Shown one piece after another: positions 41,601 to 55,031 of a DNA stretch of 64,000 nt. Under the pieces are notes generated by a model. That model was not told the origin of the DNA. It was given only the letters and a program-made list of their open reading frames with translations, and did no database searches. The stretch is from Orbicella franksi (taxonomy: Eukaryota). Location: NCBI GenBank assembly GCA_964199315.1, contig OZ116698.1:25358001-25422000 (forward strand). Direction: 5' to 3'. Made by a program: the position numbers and the translations under genes. Numbering within the stretch: the first letter of the stretch is position 1; every line of letters starts with the position of its first letter.

Positions 41601-44600
41601 CATGACTTACTGTTTCCCTCCTCCATCGAAGATAAAATCCATTTTTAGATCTGTCTCTTCTCCTACCAAGCCGATGTACAATGATTCGGAGCCTCTGTAT
41701 TCGATTATTGGATACATGAGGAAAGACTTCTTCTTGTAACCTCGAGGAAGGCGAATCCAAAAACACAACGTGAAAGCTGGTAATTCAGGTACTTCCCTGG
41801 CTGTAGCGCGTTTCACACTCTGCTGATCTACGACTGGAAACTCCATATCATAGGTAGCTGTAATTTCAAAATAAACGAATATTAGGATTATGCCATATTG
41901 TCCAGCGATCACGTATATCTAGACACATGGTTTTGTTTTGACGTGGATTTGGATGTGTACCCCGACTTCCTCCATATATTAAACAATTAGATTATGAGCT
42001 CAAGATTTCTGTCGCGTGATGGTTGACGAGGACATCTCCCCATGTTTCCCATATCGCGAATCAGACTTAACTTTCCTTGGAACACTACTGTGAGAAATAT
42101 TAGTGGTTTAACCTGTAAAACGATGTCAAGGAGATCGTGCTTGACTTTCACAACTCTTGCTTTTGTTGTTAATGGTCGAATTCTTAAATGAAGAGAAATC
42201 GTCGTTACTAAAGCTTGCAGAATAATTAAAACAAACGAAAAACGTAGAACACGCTTATTTCATACATGCTGCGATCTATCTCTTTTCATCCAAACATGAA
42301 TTTAAGCTAAAGCTTTAGCATTTTCACACATCGCGATGGACGCGTCCTCGACACAGTCTGTCAACATTCTAGAGACATTTAATGCGTACCAGTACAGAAT
42401 TTATAAGTAGATTTCTGCTCCTACAATTTCCACATCTTTCGATTTTCGCGATCTGGTAAAGGGGAGGTTGATGTGTATCGTTTTATGTCCAAACACAGTT
42501 CAGATCATTATGCGCTTTTCTTTCACGATCCCTTGTCACACGTCGCCATCGATGCGTTATCATGCATGAAGTTGTTGATGAATCAATGCGTAAAAGATGT
42601 CACTATCAACAGAATGTGCCGCAGCGTTACTACCTTTTAAATACCCTAGTTTTATTTTAGGCTAGGAAATTGGACTAGCCTCCAGACGCAAAGATTTACG
42701 AGTCCCTAGATCAAATTACAGTGATGTTCGAAACGATGTCATACTTCAGTGATCTTTGGTTGTTTTTAACAGCGAAACATGACCGTCCCAAATGGATGAA
42801 GCCTTCAAGGCTATGGTTGTCACTGGGGGCAAATAAACCATGTTTTGTAGTTAATTTATATGTTATTGATTGCTATGTTAATTAATGAATTTTTATTTCT
42901 TTTGGAATTTTGTCGTAGTTGTGGCATCAAAAGTTGTCAGAAAAGTATTTTAAAAAAAGACGGGCTTCTGTTCTCTACGGAAGTGACAATCAGCTGAAAG
43001 TTTCCGAAGAAGTTTTGTGATGATCAGTGGCATCGATTTGCTAAATCGATTTGAAATTCAAATTTTGCGATGCCTTTGTCTACTTAATGATTATTTGGCA
43101 ATCATAAATAACTTAACTTACAAATAAAGGTCTGCTTCGGAAACGCGAAAATTTTCAAAACACTTGATCATATACAGTAATGTTCCACTGAATCAATGAC
43201 ACCGTTCAATTTATTAGTTGAACTCTAATTGTTACCATATCTTGAATCGAAGCAGTCCGGTCGGAACCGAAATGAGTATAAAGATGAACATTATCAAAAT
43301 AGTTTTGCTGATATTTTCTGTATCGTTGGCCCAAGCAAATGATCTTAAGGATGAAAACACGTCGAATTTGCAGCCACAGGTTAGACAACTTAAATCTGTT
43401 TTCTTTGCTTCCAGTCCTTCGTGATGACAATAGTCAGTAAAAATCCGTCTTGGCCGGGAACTACTTCTACGGGCGAGAGAAACTATGGAACACGATAGCA
43501 ACAAATAATTTTTATTTCGTTTATTTAAGAATCTGCGTTCTTTTTAGATTAGACTCAGTATTACACTTGACGCCTTAACAACACTGTTTTTGCTTGAAAA
43601 AACAAAAGTGAGCGGTAAACTAAATAAGTTTTGTCTTCTATTTTGTACGTACAGCTTGTGTTTTACAAATTCTTCACACCTACGAAGCTTGCTGAGGCTG
43701 CTACCTTCATCCATCGCCACAATACCCTGACTCCTCGACTCCTCACGTTCCTCAGTGCTCCAAGCACCTACTATCGACTGATGATTGTCCCGCTGATTCC
43801 GCCAGGAGTCATCGGTAAAAATGCCAAACTTGTCGTGAAGGTGGCGGTTGGTTTGGAAACAAAGTTTGGCCAAGGAGAAAGCGATCCCTCATTTGTTATT
43901 TCAGATGGCGATCGCTTTGTCGGCATGCTAACACTTGATAAGAACAACTACCCATCTTCTGCCCCTTGTCTTGGTATAGATGGGCCCAGCGGGAATACCA
44001 TGACTCGTCATACCGATGCGCCACTCCCAAAGCCATCCGAGTCTTATTACCCTGGAAGATTCGAGATCCAGTTAAGCCTGTCTGACCGGTGGGGAACCTG
44101 TTTCGTCCCGCTAGACGGCGGTTTCAGCAGGGAAATGGTTTACCAGCACAAGTTGAATCCCAACAACGGCCTATTTTTGGAGATTTATGGCGACGACGCA
44201 CAAGAGAAAGAAGGCATCAAGTACATTGAGCTGAGCATCCTGCAAGAGAACTAGTCTCTTATACAGCTTACTCAAGACAAATGTCTACATATGACTGTCA
44301 AAAGCTCTGTAGTTTCTGCCGATTAAAAGTGATTGTTCACATGACGCCAAACAACAATTGTTCACTTCATTTTTTCTTTCCTTATTTTAAGGCGTAGAGT
44401 TTAGCCCCGTCCCAATCCTAATCACAACTTCCTTGTCATACACGAGAAAGATTATTTTATGGGCTTTCGCCTACTTCTATTTTACATCCAAGGCGCTTTT
44501 TTTGGTTTTTATCCCATCTCAGAGGCGACCGAACCCACAGTTTTCGGCGGTGATGTTGCTAAGCAACTGATTCATATCTTAACTCACCCCCAAAGTTTTC

Positions 44601-47600
44601 CTGCAACCCGCTAACTGGTGTAGTAGTAGCTAGTAGTAGGTGGGCAGAGATAGATCCAGCACACATGAACCGGCAGCCATGTTGCATTCGCGGTTGACAC
44701 TTGAATGACCTGGTTCTCTCGCTATTCTACTTTTATTTGGCAATCTTTTTTTGTCAGGCTTCGTTGCAGTTGTTTTAATTGCAAGTACAGCTGAGAAATT
44801 ATTTTCCTTTCTTTATACACTTTCCGCCGTCTATAGTGTGAATTCTTTTATAAACCTGACATCAGTGTCAGCTAAGCAAACAGTTTCGTGACATCATGAT
44901 TAAATTTTTGGCATCAAGTTACAGTGCTATAGCTGACCCACAGGTAAATATTTTATTGCTGTTTTCAAAGGCAAGCATAAACCAAACCAGAAAAAATAGA
45001 CGATTGAGTCTCGTGAACTTTATGAAGACCAGCAATTCGTCTTCTTCTATGACGTTCTATTCTTCTATTATTTTTAGCACAGTTCGACATAGTCATAAAA
45101 TGATAACAAGTTATACACGGCGCAAAAGAATAACAGCTTTCCACTACAAGGGGTTTGTCAGCGCAGTCTACATCCCTTCTATGTGAAAACATGCAAAGTT
45201 ACATGTTCCTGCTCTGGCATAGAATTTGCCCTCTGACCCATGACGGGTAAGAAAAGTCGTCTTTCTCAGTCGTAAAACAAGATACTCTCCTCCCCCTCAT
45301 TACCTAAATCGCCAATAGGCCACATTCGATATTATTGATCTTTGACATGGCTCCGAGGCCTTCAGGACAAACTTCTATATTTGGTGGTGTTTTCTTTGTA
45401 TCCAAGTCTCGTTTGGGAATTGAGAGACAAAAAGAACTTAAAAAGTTTGCAATTTTGACTCGAAAGCCTCGGAGCCATGTTAGAGTATTGATATATCGAA
45501 CATGGCCTATTTCAAAATATCCTTCGCACCTTTCAGACTTTTTATCCCTAGGCAATACAATGCCAATAACCCCTTATACAAACTCCCTCCCCATCACCCC
45601 TTCCTAGATATATGATTTCCCCCGTTTACATACCACTCAGGTCGAGACACAGCTTATCAGCTGTAAGGTATTTTTCCGGGGGGCACTCTGGAAGGCAGCT
45701 GCCGGTCGTTTTGTCTTTTGCTACTCGGCATACATTACATTCCGTTGGTAATGGATTCCCTGATGACTGTGTGTTGCAACCTGAAATGCAAAGAAGAACC
45801 TCGTAACCCGAACGTTACGAAACGACATGTCATTTTTGCAAAAATGTTTGTAAAAGAACTAAGGTACTACGCGCGCGCTCACTGGTCGATAGGTGTGTTT
45901 AGATGAGACAGTTGTGACGGTTTAGATTCGCGCGTATTCCTGAGAAATATTTTATAAAAGCAAGAGTACTTTTTCCGCGTTTACATAGCCTCGTCTAAAC
46001 ACGAGGGGGGTTGGGAGAATTCGAGACAGTTATGCAAACCCCTTGACCGCGTCATCGGGTTTACGTAACTGTCTCGCATTGTCCGAATCCCCCTCGTATT
46101 TAGATGAGGCTATGTAAACACGAAAAACGTGCTCTATTGCTTAAATGTTCCGTAACTTCATTGGTATTGGTTATGCATTCTGCCAAAAGACAAAGCACCA
46201 CCCGCATGAGGTTTGATTCATTTCACTGGGAGAACTTTGCCTTGGTATACTTTTCACTTGCTCATAACTTTCCCAGTATTACCTGCGAATTGTTGCCCTT
46301 TTATATCCGCATATGTCAAGGACTTCATGAACTCTGATAAGGTTACGATTTTCCAAAAACGGCATGCGCGCAAAACCTGGCGCGAACAAAGCCTGACACC
46401 GTGAAACAAGAAATCTTAACTTGCGTGACATCCCAAAACGTGGAGAGTTTCTTTGCTTACCATATAAGGGATCACAGTCTTCGTGACAATGCTGCGTGCA
46501 AAGCTTGCTGGTTAGGTCCATGAACGTGTCACCTTTACACTCGGCTTTTGTTTGATCACGTGCTACTATATGTGCGTCGATGACATCAGCTTCCTTGTTC
46601 CCATTCCCAAATGCGTAAAAGCGCGCATTCAGTGGCTTGTCGAGGTCTAACATGTTAAGGTAGACATCACCACTTTGTGTAGTTCCCAGTGTTTTTCCAT
46701 ATTCAATAAGCGTGCTTGATTTGGACTCAGTGACGCAAACAAAGTAAGATTGAAGTAAGGACGGGTCGCCCAGACCCCGCGCGTTGATATTTGTTGTGGA
46801 GGTTTTGAGTTCGAATCCCTGACAAAGAGAATGTAAAAGAAACAGCAATGCATTATTTTTATTAAGAGCAATGTTTGGAACGTAGGCAATGGTCAGGGCT
46901 GTAGATCACTTTCAGGCTTTGAAAGTTGAGATATGTTACGTTATGTTGAGATATGTGATGTTATGGTAGTTAATCAAAACATCTTCGTTATGATGTCTCG
47001 TTGAAAAACCAGAAATGAAATCTTGTGTTCATTACTTAATTTCAAAATTCCACAAAAGAGGACAAATCCACTGTGTGTGCTGTGTCTTTGGTTCAACCCT
47101 CGTAACTCATGGTTTAAACGCATTGATGATTTTCATTTTGTTTTCTCTTCCGCTAGATTCACTTCCTTTTCATGGGACAAATTTGAAAAGTGGTTACATA
47201 GGAGGGACCGTTTGTCTTACGCCCCACACTATGCTGGAGGAATTTGGAATTGAAGTAAGTTTCACTCTGAAAACGCATCAAATGTTTTCTGTCCACACTA
47301 CGCCGGAGGCATCTGACAATGTAACGTGCTGGTCATTTTGGATTTGTGCTTGAGGAAAACTCGGGAAGGGAAACCACATTATTATTGTCATGTCATCGTT
47401 TTCGAAAAGCTTCGTTTTCAAAATGTTTTCCGTCCACACTTAAACACGAAGCCAGCGTTTTCAAATTCCTCCGGTTTGAAGAGCATTTTCGGAAAGCTCC
47501 GTTTTCGTGACAGATTAGTGTGGACGGTAGGCCTAACCGTAGAGATAAAGCTGCGTTTTCAAATTCTCAGGCGTAGCGTGAACGGGGCCTTAGCTTGGAT

Positions 47601-50600
47601 CTCTCGTTACCTTATAAATGGCCACTTTCTGTGGCGTGATTTCAATGTAATACCAAGAGGTCTTGTCGACTGGCAACGTTGCAAACACCACAAAAATGTC
47701 CCCCTCACTGGAAGCGGTGAAGTGAAGACACTTTCCTTTTGTTTCAGTGGGATCGAATCGAAGCGCATTTGACCATTTTACATTACATGGGGGATCTTGT
47801 AAGGTTTCACGCCTGTCTGCTAATACGCTGAAGTCTGAAACAGCTCGGCCTAGCTCTCGTCCAGCTAGTGAATCGTGGAGGTCTGGGAAGAACTCTCTTG
47901 ACGCCTCTAGGTCATGTGACAGAAGAGACAGTCCTCCGGTGTTTTGATTGAAGGAGAGCACGAGTCCCAGAATTGAGATTTTGTGTTGGCGAGGATCTCC
48001 GGTTTTTCCATTCTTAAAGGCGTTGTACAGGTGAAAAGAGCCATCTTTTTCAGCTGTGAACCATTTTCCTTCATCGTAGCGTACTAATCGACTCATGTTT
48101 CTGGGAATATCGCTGAAGTCTTTCGTTCCTTTGAAATTGTTTCTCATGTCGAGGACGACTCGGAAGGTGGCTTTGTCTTTGGTGATGTGCTTCCAACTGG
48201 GGACACGCAGTTTGCTGTGACTTGCTGCCTCGTCCGCTTGGCTTGGTGTCTCTGGGGCTGCTGCTGGGGTGTCTGTGCTGCATGGTGGTAGCTGAATATC
48301 TGTGATTGAATTTGGGCCCTTGGGAGAGAAATTTCACGACAGCAAAATACTTTTGATAAAGATACTTCACACAGCTAAGATAAGACAGTAGTTATTCTGG
48401 TGTAAGTGAGGAAAACACCATAAGCCACGCCCTACTTTCGCGCTTTCGTGGGAGGTCGAATTTTCTAAACTTTTTTTCATCGGATTATGTGCGCGTTTTC
48501 AGTGGAATATAGATTGGGTTCTGCGAGCGCCTTGTAGGTGAAAAATCTACTGTCAAAATTGATATCAGTGTAGAAACCTCTCCCCAACAGCTCATATCTT
48601 GAAATCTCTCGCGTGTTCTCAAATGTCTGTCTTACGACAGCGTTATATGTGGCTTTGGCATTTCGCGACTCTATATCTTGAGAAAACGATCAATCGTTCA
48701 TTTATCTATATAACCATGGTCAACAATAAGGACATCTTTTATGAAAAGTACACATATGTTATCACCTCCTTCATGTAGACCTCGATGGCTCTTGTCAGGC
48801 TTATTCTTCTCCTGGTTATCGCCTCCTCCAGTGACTTACGGCTGTCAAACTGACAATAGTGCTTCTGAACTGTTCCATTGGGGAAGACTGTTTCGTAGAA
48901 TTTCAACTTTTCTTCATTTGCCGTTACCTCTTCTTTAAGATTCGCCGCATTCCCCTCGCATCCCTGGGTACTTCTCTTTTCGGGAAACAAGTCGCGGAGA
49001 CGGAAATTAAGAAGACTTGTGATTGGAGCCATCTGAAACTCAAAAGGTTTTGGATATTGAGGAATCGAAGCAAGCCAATCTTTAAACTCGTTTTTGAACG
49101 TTGGTGAATACGCATCAGATAAAATAGAGGCAATTTGCTGACTTCCTCCCATTGCAAGAATCGTTGTCGATGATGTTTTTGCCTGTTTTCTATGCGATTG
49201 TCCTTCTTTTCGACTTTCTTTTGCTCCGACGCTGGCGAACAAGCTTTTGTATTCCACCTCCATTTCTCGGGCGAATTCTTTCTTGCTAGAAACGTCGCTT
49301 GCATCCATAAATTTACGAATTTGGAGTTGACCACCAAATTTTGCCGACTTGATGCAGTGTGTTCCCCACCTCTGAATGAAATCCACTGTTGGAAGTTAAA
49401 CAAAAAAAAGAATGTTTCGTTCAACCAAAATGATTATGCTAAGTGTGCGAAGGATGAAATGAGTATTCGATGCTAACAACTGTTACTGGTAAAGCATTTT
49501 ATCTGGGAATTAATTTGAGAATATCAGGGAATATAAAGCGACTTAGCTTACTGTAATTGTTTGTTTCTTGTTTCTCTCCGGAAAACAGCCTCAGAGCTAA
49601 ATCGCCGCTAGTTACCAGTAAGTAGTTATTAGAGCTGATATGTTATATATTTGAAAAGACATCTCTCCCTAGCCTCGTTTGCCAGCTAGTTCCATTTCAA
49701 TATTGAGAATACGAATATGGTCAATACAGTTTTCCGCTCGGTGACCCGGCCTTTGAATGACAGCGAGGCTGGAGATGACCTTGCTTTGATACAGACCTCT
49801 CTACTTTTGTGAAGTAAATTCACCTAGTCAGAATTAGAAGAACTTGATTTACACAACAAAAGCAGTAAGGTCTGTAGCAAAACAAGGTCACCTCCAGCCT
49901 CGCTGCTATTCAAAGGCCAGGTAAACGAGCAGACAACTGTAAAATGGTCAATTCTTCAATCTTTAAATGTCCATTTTCGTTCTTCAATTTACATCTTTAT
50001 AGTCAGACTGGCACGCAGATGGCTAGTGCTTGTCTAGGTGGGCCCGTCTCTTAAGATCTAATTACAAACCTTTTTATTACTAGGCTACAATAGAAAATTA
50101 GGAAAAGTAAATAAAATACGGAAACTGAAAGGTAGTAAAAGAATGAACAAAAGAAGTGAGGGGTTATTAGATTAATTAACTCTCGTCCAGTGATCTTTGG
50201 AAGAGTTAGAAATCGCTCATCATGTCAACACTATGGGCATTTTTGATGGCTCAAACAAGTGGGGATAATAACAAAACTAAGACCAATCAATGCAAACTAC
50301 AGACACTTAAGGCTGACTTACGATATGTCAGAGGCGCGTCCGCTGCAAAATAAGATGTCGGCAGATCCATGAACTCTCTCAAAAACGACGCACTTAGATC
50401 GTTTGGCTTCACCTCGTCAATAAAGATCTCGTATCTGAAACACGGAAATATGTATTTATAGGGGGCAGGTAGCGATATTTAGAGTTATTTTCAATTTAGT
50501 GTCGAAAGTGATCAGGCAATTACTTTGGTTTTGGTTTTACTACGGCCCGAGATTGGCTGAGTAATCTCATTGTTAAAAAATTGGTTTGGTTTTGGCTTTG

Positions 50601-52329
50601 CGAAACTCAATTGAAAAACGCTCTAAGTCAGCTAGGACAGCAGTTAGAGCGGTTTTTAATTGAGTGTTGTAAAACCAAAACCAAAGTAATCCTTGTAGCT
50701 AACCACAAAGGAAACAGACAATACAGTGAACCAATCAAAACTCGAAGTAATTACATGTAGCCGACGCAAAGCGTTGGAAAACGAGTGAGAACGAGTCACG
50801 ATTGGTTTTGGTTTTACTTCTGGATGGATGAAAAAAATGGCGCAAGTTTGTAAGCCGATCGTATAGCGCGGTTGATGCAAAACCAATTACGTTTCAACAC
50901 TCAAATAAAAACCGCTTCATGCAAGTGCTTTTACAATATACAATTTTCAATACCTGTTTATGTCTACATGTAGAAGTGCCATGTACTTTTGGCTAGCTTG
51001 GGTCTCAGACTCCCCCCAACCTGACTTCACGCCTGCGTAGAATCCAAAGTATGATCCAGACACACCAGCCTCCTCTTGAAGATATTTTTGAAACTCGCTG
51101 CGACTCTCGAATGTCACCATTGATGCTTTCGTGTCATAAATGCCATGAACATTCATTGTATCCGGGACATCGTAGTCATCGTACCTGAAGGACACAGCAA
51201 CATGCATGTTTAGTTAGTACAAATTATTCACAGAAACTTATTTGGCCATCTGATATCGTTATCGTGTAACATAACATATAACATAAAACCTCTATTTCGA
51301 CACCATAAGAGTCAAAACTACAAAGCTTGTGGAGTCGCGTATACTATTAAACTAAAATACATTAATTGAAATAACTACATGTAAAATACTGAATATGGAG
51401 CTAAGATCGAAGTATCAATCTAGGACCTTAAAATATTAATTCAAGTTTCTAAAAACACACGTAATCACTATCTCTATATCGGGATGTGGAGGCCGGCAGT
51501 TGAACTGTCGGAAAGAAACTGTCGAAAATGTCCTGTCAAATAACTGTTCAAGAAGCCTGCAGTAAGACGTGAGGATGACAGATCTTACGTTGCTTTCCCA
51601 GCGCAGTTCCGCTGCACGATGCTCATTTTTCTTGATTCAGGACTGTACTCACCACGCCCATCAAAACCAACACCCATGAATGCCGCGCCGTCAATTAAGT
51701 TCTGCAAAAATACGGAAATGTAAGTGATTTGAAGACTGCTACTCTTCCTGTTCTCTGCAGAAATCAGAAAAGACATTTAGTTTGTGATGCGCAATCTGTC
51801 AGACGTAGTAACACTTACTAGGTCTTTTCGTTTCATAGGGTTCTTCATAAACACATGTGTGGAATGAAAGCCTTTTGCCGAGCAAATCATTACAAAACAA
51901 GCTCATTCTGTGCTGTGCAATAAGCGCCCAATGGGATTTCGGGTCCAGACAGCACTTTCAATAGTTTTATTATTTCCAGTCAGTTTCAAAATTCACTTCA
52001 AGGAGATCGGTCATGATATTTTGGCCACGTACGAAATAACCTTTAAATTGAAGAAAACCTGAAAATGGTAGTTTGCTAAGACTGACAAAAACAAAGAGAT
52101 ATTAACAAGGGTGGTTAAGAATGGAGAAGATTCACACGGATTACAAACCGCGTATTTGAAAAAATTAGGCTATACTTTTCAAGATGCGGAAACCGTGGCG
52201 TAGTTCCTTTAATACCACGCATAGGCGAATCTTTGCTGACGTCATTGTTTACATTTTTCCTCATTAGCATACGACTTGACTCATAGAAACCGTAGCCGTA
52301 TATATGAACTAAATGCAAAAGTTGATAAT

Positions 52330-52369
<40 letters not shown>

Positions 52370-52598
52370 ACAAGCAAAATTGAAGGAAATATCAGCCATC
52401 AAAAACTGCCAAATTGCTGTGTGGCAAAAAAGTTAATGAGCCATACATTTCTCTGTAAAATTTCGAATTTTCAGAAGAGAATTTCTCCGAAACAATTCCG
52501 TGTATTGGGCTCAAATTTTCAGAGGTAACTGAAAGTGTTATTCCCTTTCGATATTCAGAGTTTTTCTTTCATTAGCGTCATCAGATAGTGATAAGCAA

Positions 52599-52639
<41 letters not shown>

Positions 52640-55031
52640 GCCTGTGTACATCCGCCCCTCCCCTTAAAAAAGTCGATTTTTTTAGGAGAGGCGGGGGATG
52701 TGCACCGGCTATCATAGTACGATCATCTACATACCAAGCAAGCGTCCATTTTCCACCTTGCCGCGTAGCAAGGATCTCCCTCCTTGTACCCAGTCCCCCA
52801 ACAGCCGTTCATAAGCACGTTTCCAAGGCCTGCTGGGTAAGTATAGGGTGGTTCGCCGACTTCCTTTGGTGCACTGTCGTCACTGGAGATATGTGAGTTC
52901 ATATGGTAACCAGCAGGAACAAACATGTCTTCCGTTTGCCAAGATTTATCTGGTACGATGTCCAACTTAATCTGTGAAAATATTAAAGTGAAATGTTCCT
53001 ATTAAGAACGATCATGATCTCAATTTACTCCAAAATGGTGTCTTTAATTTATGTTGTTCCAAATAACATTTGATCGGCTATTACAATCTTGTTAAAATGT
53101 AAGCTTTTTCCCAACATTGTTCCTAGGGACATATCCGTTTAGGTCTAAAAAGTTTGAAAGACTTAACAAGCCTTTTTAAAGTGACCAATCGTGAAGTTAG
53201 CTAGCCTCTAGACTACAAGCGACGCGAAAGAGAACCGCGAGAAAAAAAATGGCTTCGCGAAATCCTGGGCCATATTTTCCTCGCGGTTTATTTCCGGTCT
53301 CGCTCGACGGACCAAGTGAAAGAGGGACTACTCGTAGTTTACTAGCCTCAATATTTTGCACCACGACGCTTGTTTTGGTGAAAGAGGTGTAAAGTATGAA
53401 TACAATTGTGTCATACCTCCTTTTTCAAGAAATTTTCTGCCTTCTCCTGTGCCTCGTCGATAATCTGCAGTTGTTTATCCACCAGCTTTCCCATTACTTC
53501 AATTCCTTTTTCTACAACAGCACCTTGGACGTTCGCACCCTTCAGTACAGAGCCCAGGCCTCCACCTCCATCTCCGGCTGTGTCATCTGCTTCACGTTGT
53601 GTTGTTGACTGGGAGCGAGTTTGCCCTTGTTTAGAGCTTGAACTCTTCTTTTGAGTTTTATTACGTTTCGCATGGTGGCTTGCCCCTGGGTAGACAAGCA
53701 ATGACATCATTTTGATAGTGAGTAACGATAGAAATTGGACCAATTAATGACACAATAGCCTATTTTCTCAGTTTAAGGCTTAATCCTAAATTTAAAAACT
53801 CCTGAAACGGACACGAGGAGGGGTCATCTCACCAAGATGGTTACCTCTAATCGAAGATAATTTCTGAACGAGAGAAACCATTAATTTATGAGAAGTACAA
53901 TTAGTCCAACACTGCAGGTCCACTAGCTTATTAATGATTTTACAAGAAGTTCCTGCTTTTTCCTCTATATATTCAAAATATCCATCCAAATTTTGATTAC
54001 CTTTTAATGGATAAATAATCGCGGGCGAGGCAGGTTTCTTTGTCCCGTTGTATTCACTTGTTACATTGCTCCCTTTATTCCGGGCTCTCGTACCACTCGG
54101 CCCATTCTCAGCAGCACCGGTCATAGATAACAGCGTGGGACTGGATTTTCCTTGAGACGCAAAACCGCGGTTGTTGCCGCCTTCTTGACGCATGAATCCA
54201 GAGTTGGACCTCGCCAGTGGAGGAACGTACACTGGAGCTTCCGGCTGAGGTTGCCATCCATAAACCCAATTCCGTTTCGAGTTAGGTTTAGCTTCAGCGG
54301 TGTGTTTTACATCGTTTACCTTTTTTGCGCTGCTTTCCCTGGCTGTCGTACCTAAGCAGGCTGAAAATCAACATTGCTTTACCGAGATGACAAGAATTTT
54401 ATGCATTATCGACTGTATTGAAACACTTTTCAACACAGTTGAAGTTCAATTCTCTTCGCGCTAAGTTGCACCTCAAGTCCTCACTTCAATTTCGATATTT
54501 GACATACTTGGTTAGATTTCTTTATTCATCTTTATAATTTCATAACAAATTAGCCAGAGTTTCTGTTGAAGTGAGATTTAATAGTTGCTGTTGTGACTGA
54601 TTTATGACTGATTTCCGTGTGATAGATGGCACATGATAATTTTCAAAATTCTTGCTCGTAAACCAATTCGTGGGGTTATCCAATCTGGGTTTAGTTTTCA
54701 CACAGAAACCATTCAGCCTGTAATGTGTTATAGTTTGGGACTGGTCAAGTTTTCGTATAATACATAATTTGGTCCATGGTATTAAAGCCGGGCGATTCTG
54801 CTATCGTGCCATATGCAAATTATATTCTTGAAATCAAAGGAATCTAAATCATAATTTGAGGACGAGCTTAGTACTTTACTCAGAAATCCAGATGCAAACG
54901 TTAAAATCAAGATTTCATCATCAGTTGAAATTTAGTTTAAATTTCTTTCTGATTTATTGTCACTATTATATCTAATTGTACTTGTTATTCTTACCCGACG
55001 TGATTAATAGAAGAATGAGAAAACTCTTCAT
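38636..55031 (-). CDS. Secreted MACPF / FAMeT-like / furin-like / pentraxin-like protein, copy C (complete, 1269 aa)
   Basis: 13 coding exons, GT-AG, total 3810 nt in frame: 55031-54995, 54360-54001, 53685-53417, 52971-52735, 51701-51589, 51184-50954, 50434-50322, 49385-48766, 48318-47611, 46818-46461, 45780-45634, 41857-41611, 39005-38636. N-terminus MKSFLILLLITSACLG looks like a signal peptide. Intron phases match copy B throughout. Confidence 0.88.
39423..40190 (+). pseudogene. KolX / P2X7-ballast(nanor)-like Cys-rich protein remnant
   Basis: Spliced reading of about 39423-39652, 39798-40025 and 40145 onward gives PRPYQSEP...RLGNTDW|CECQVCQPMPTAHESVCCAEI...IT*HPGFQSTCLDVWVLETAYY...RFRYIAYRQLVR*. 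In-frame stops at 39922 and just after RQLVR. Confidence 0.72.
40448..40906 (-). pseudogene. THAP zinc-finger remnant (N-terminus of the element's transposase)
   Basis: From ATG 40906: MVKRCVVQFCSN...MHKFPKDANLRRQWVKFVQ...KRADF...SVICNIHFSPDCY...LLSGAVPTI, the C2CH THAP pattern, split over several frames. Confidence 0.8.
43272..44254 (+). CDS. Nested secreted protein of unknown function (235 aa), antisense within intron 11 of copy C
   Basis: Exon 1 43272-43379 (MSIKMNIIKIVLLIFSVSLAQA, signal-peptide-like, cag|gttaga donor) joins in phase 0 to exon 2 43655-44254 (tacag| acceptor, 199 open codons, two Cys, beta-rich pattern). Confidence 0.72.
45314..45511. mobile_element. Small hairpin MITE
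   Basis: Inverted ends aataggccacattcgatat / atatcgaacatggcctatt. Confidence 0.6.
45965..46134. mobile_element. Small hairpin MITE
   Basis: Inverted ends gtttacatagcctcgtctaaa / tttagatgaggctatgtaaac; boundaries approximate. Confidence 0.55.
47217..47592. mobile_element. PIF/Harbinger-type MITE, same family as 184-560
   Basis: Long collinear similarity to 184-560 (ccacactatgctggaggaattt...cgtgacggattag...ggccttag); left end degraded. Confidence 0.7.

Noticed and set aside
50480-50920. Conserved regulatory element shared with 29400-29560
   Set aside because: Looks like an abundant dispersed repeat (aaccaatcaaaact...cacgattgg) present in unrelated introns; nothing supports a specific function.
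38636-55031. Copy C as a pseudogene
   Set aside because: Despite large insertions in its introns and a signature substitution, all 13 exons are open, in phase and flanked by GT-AG.
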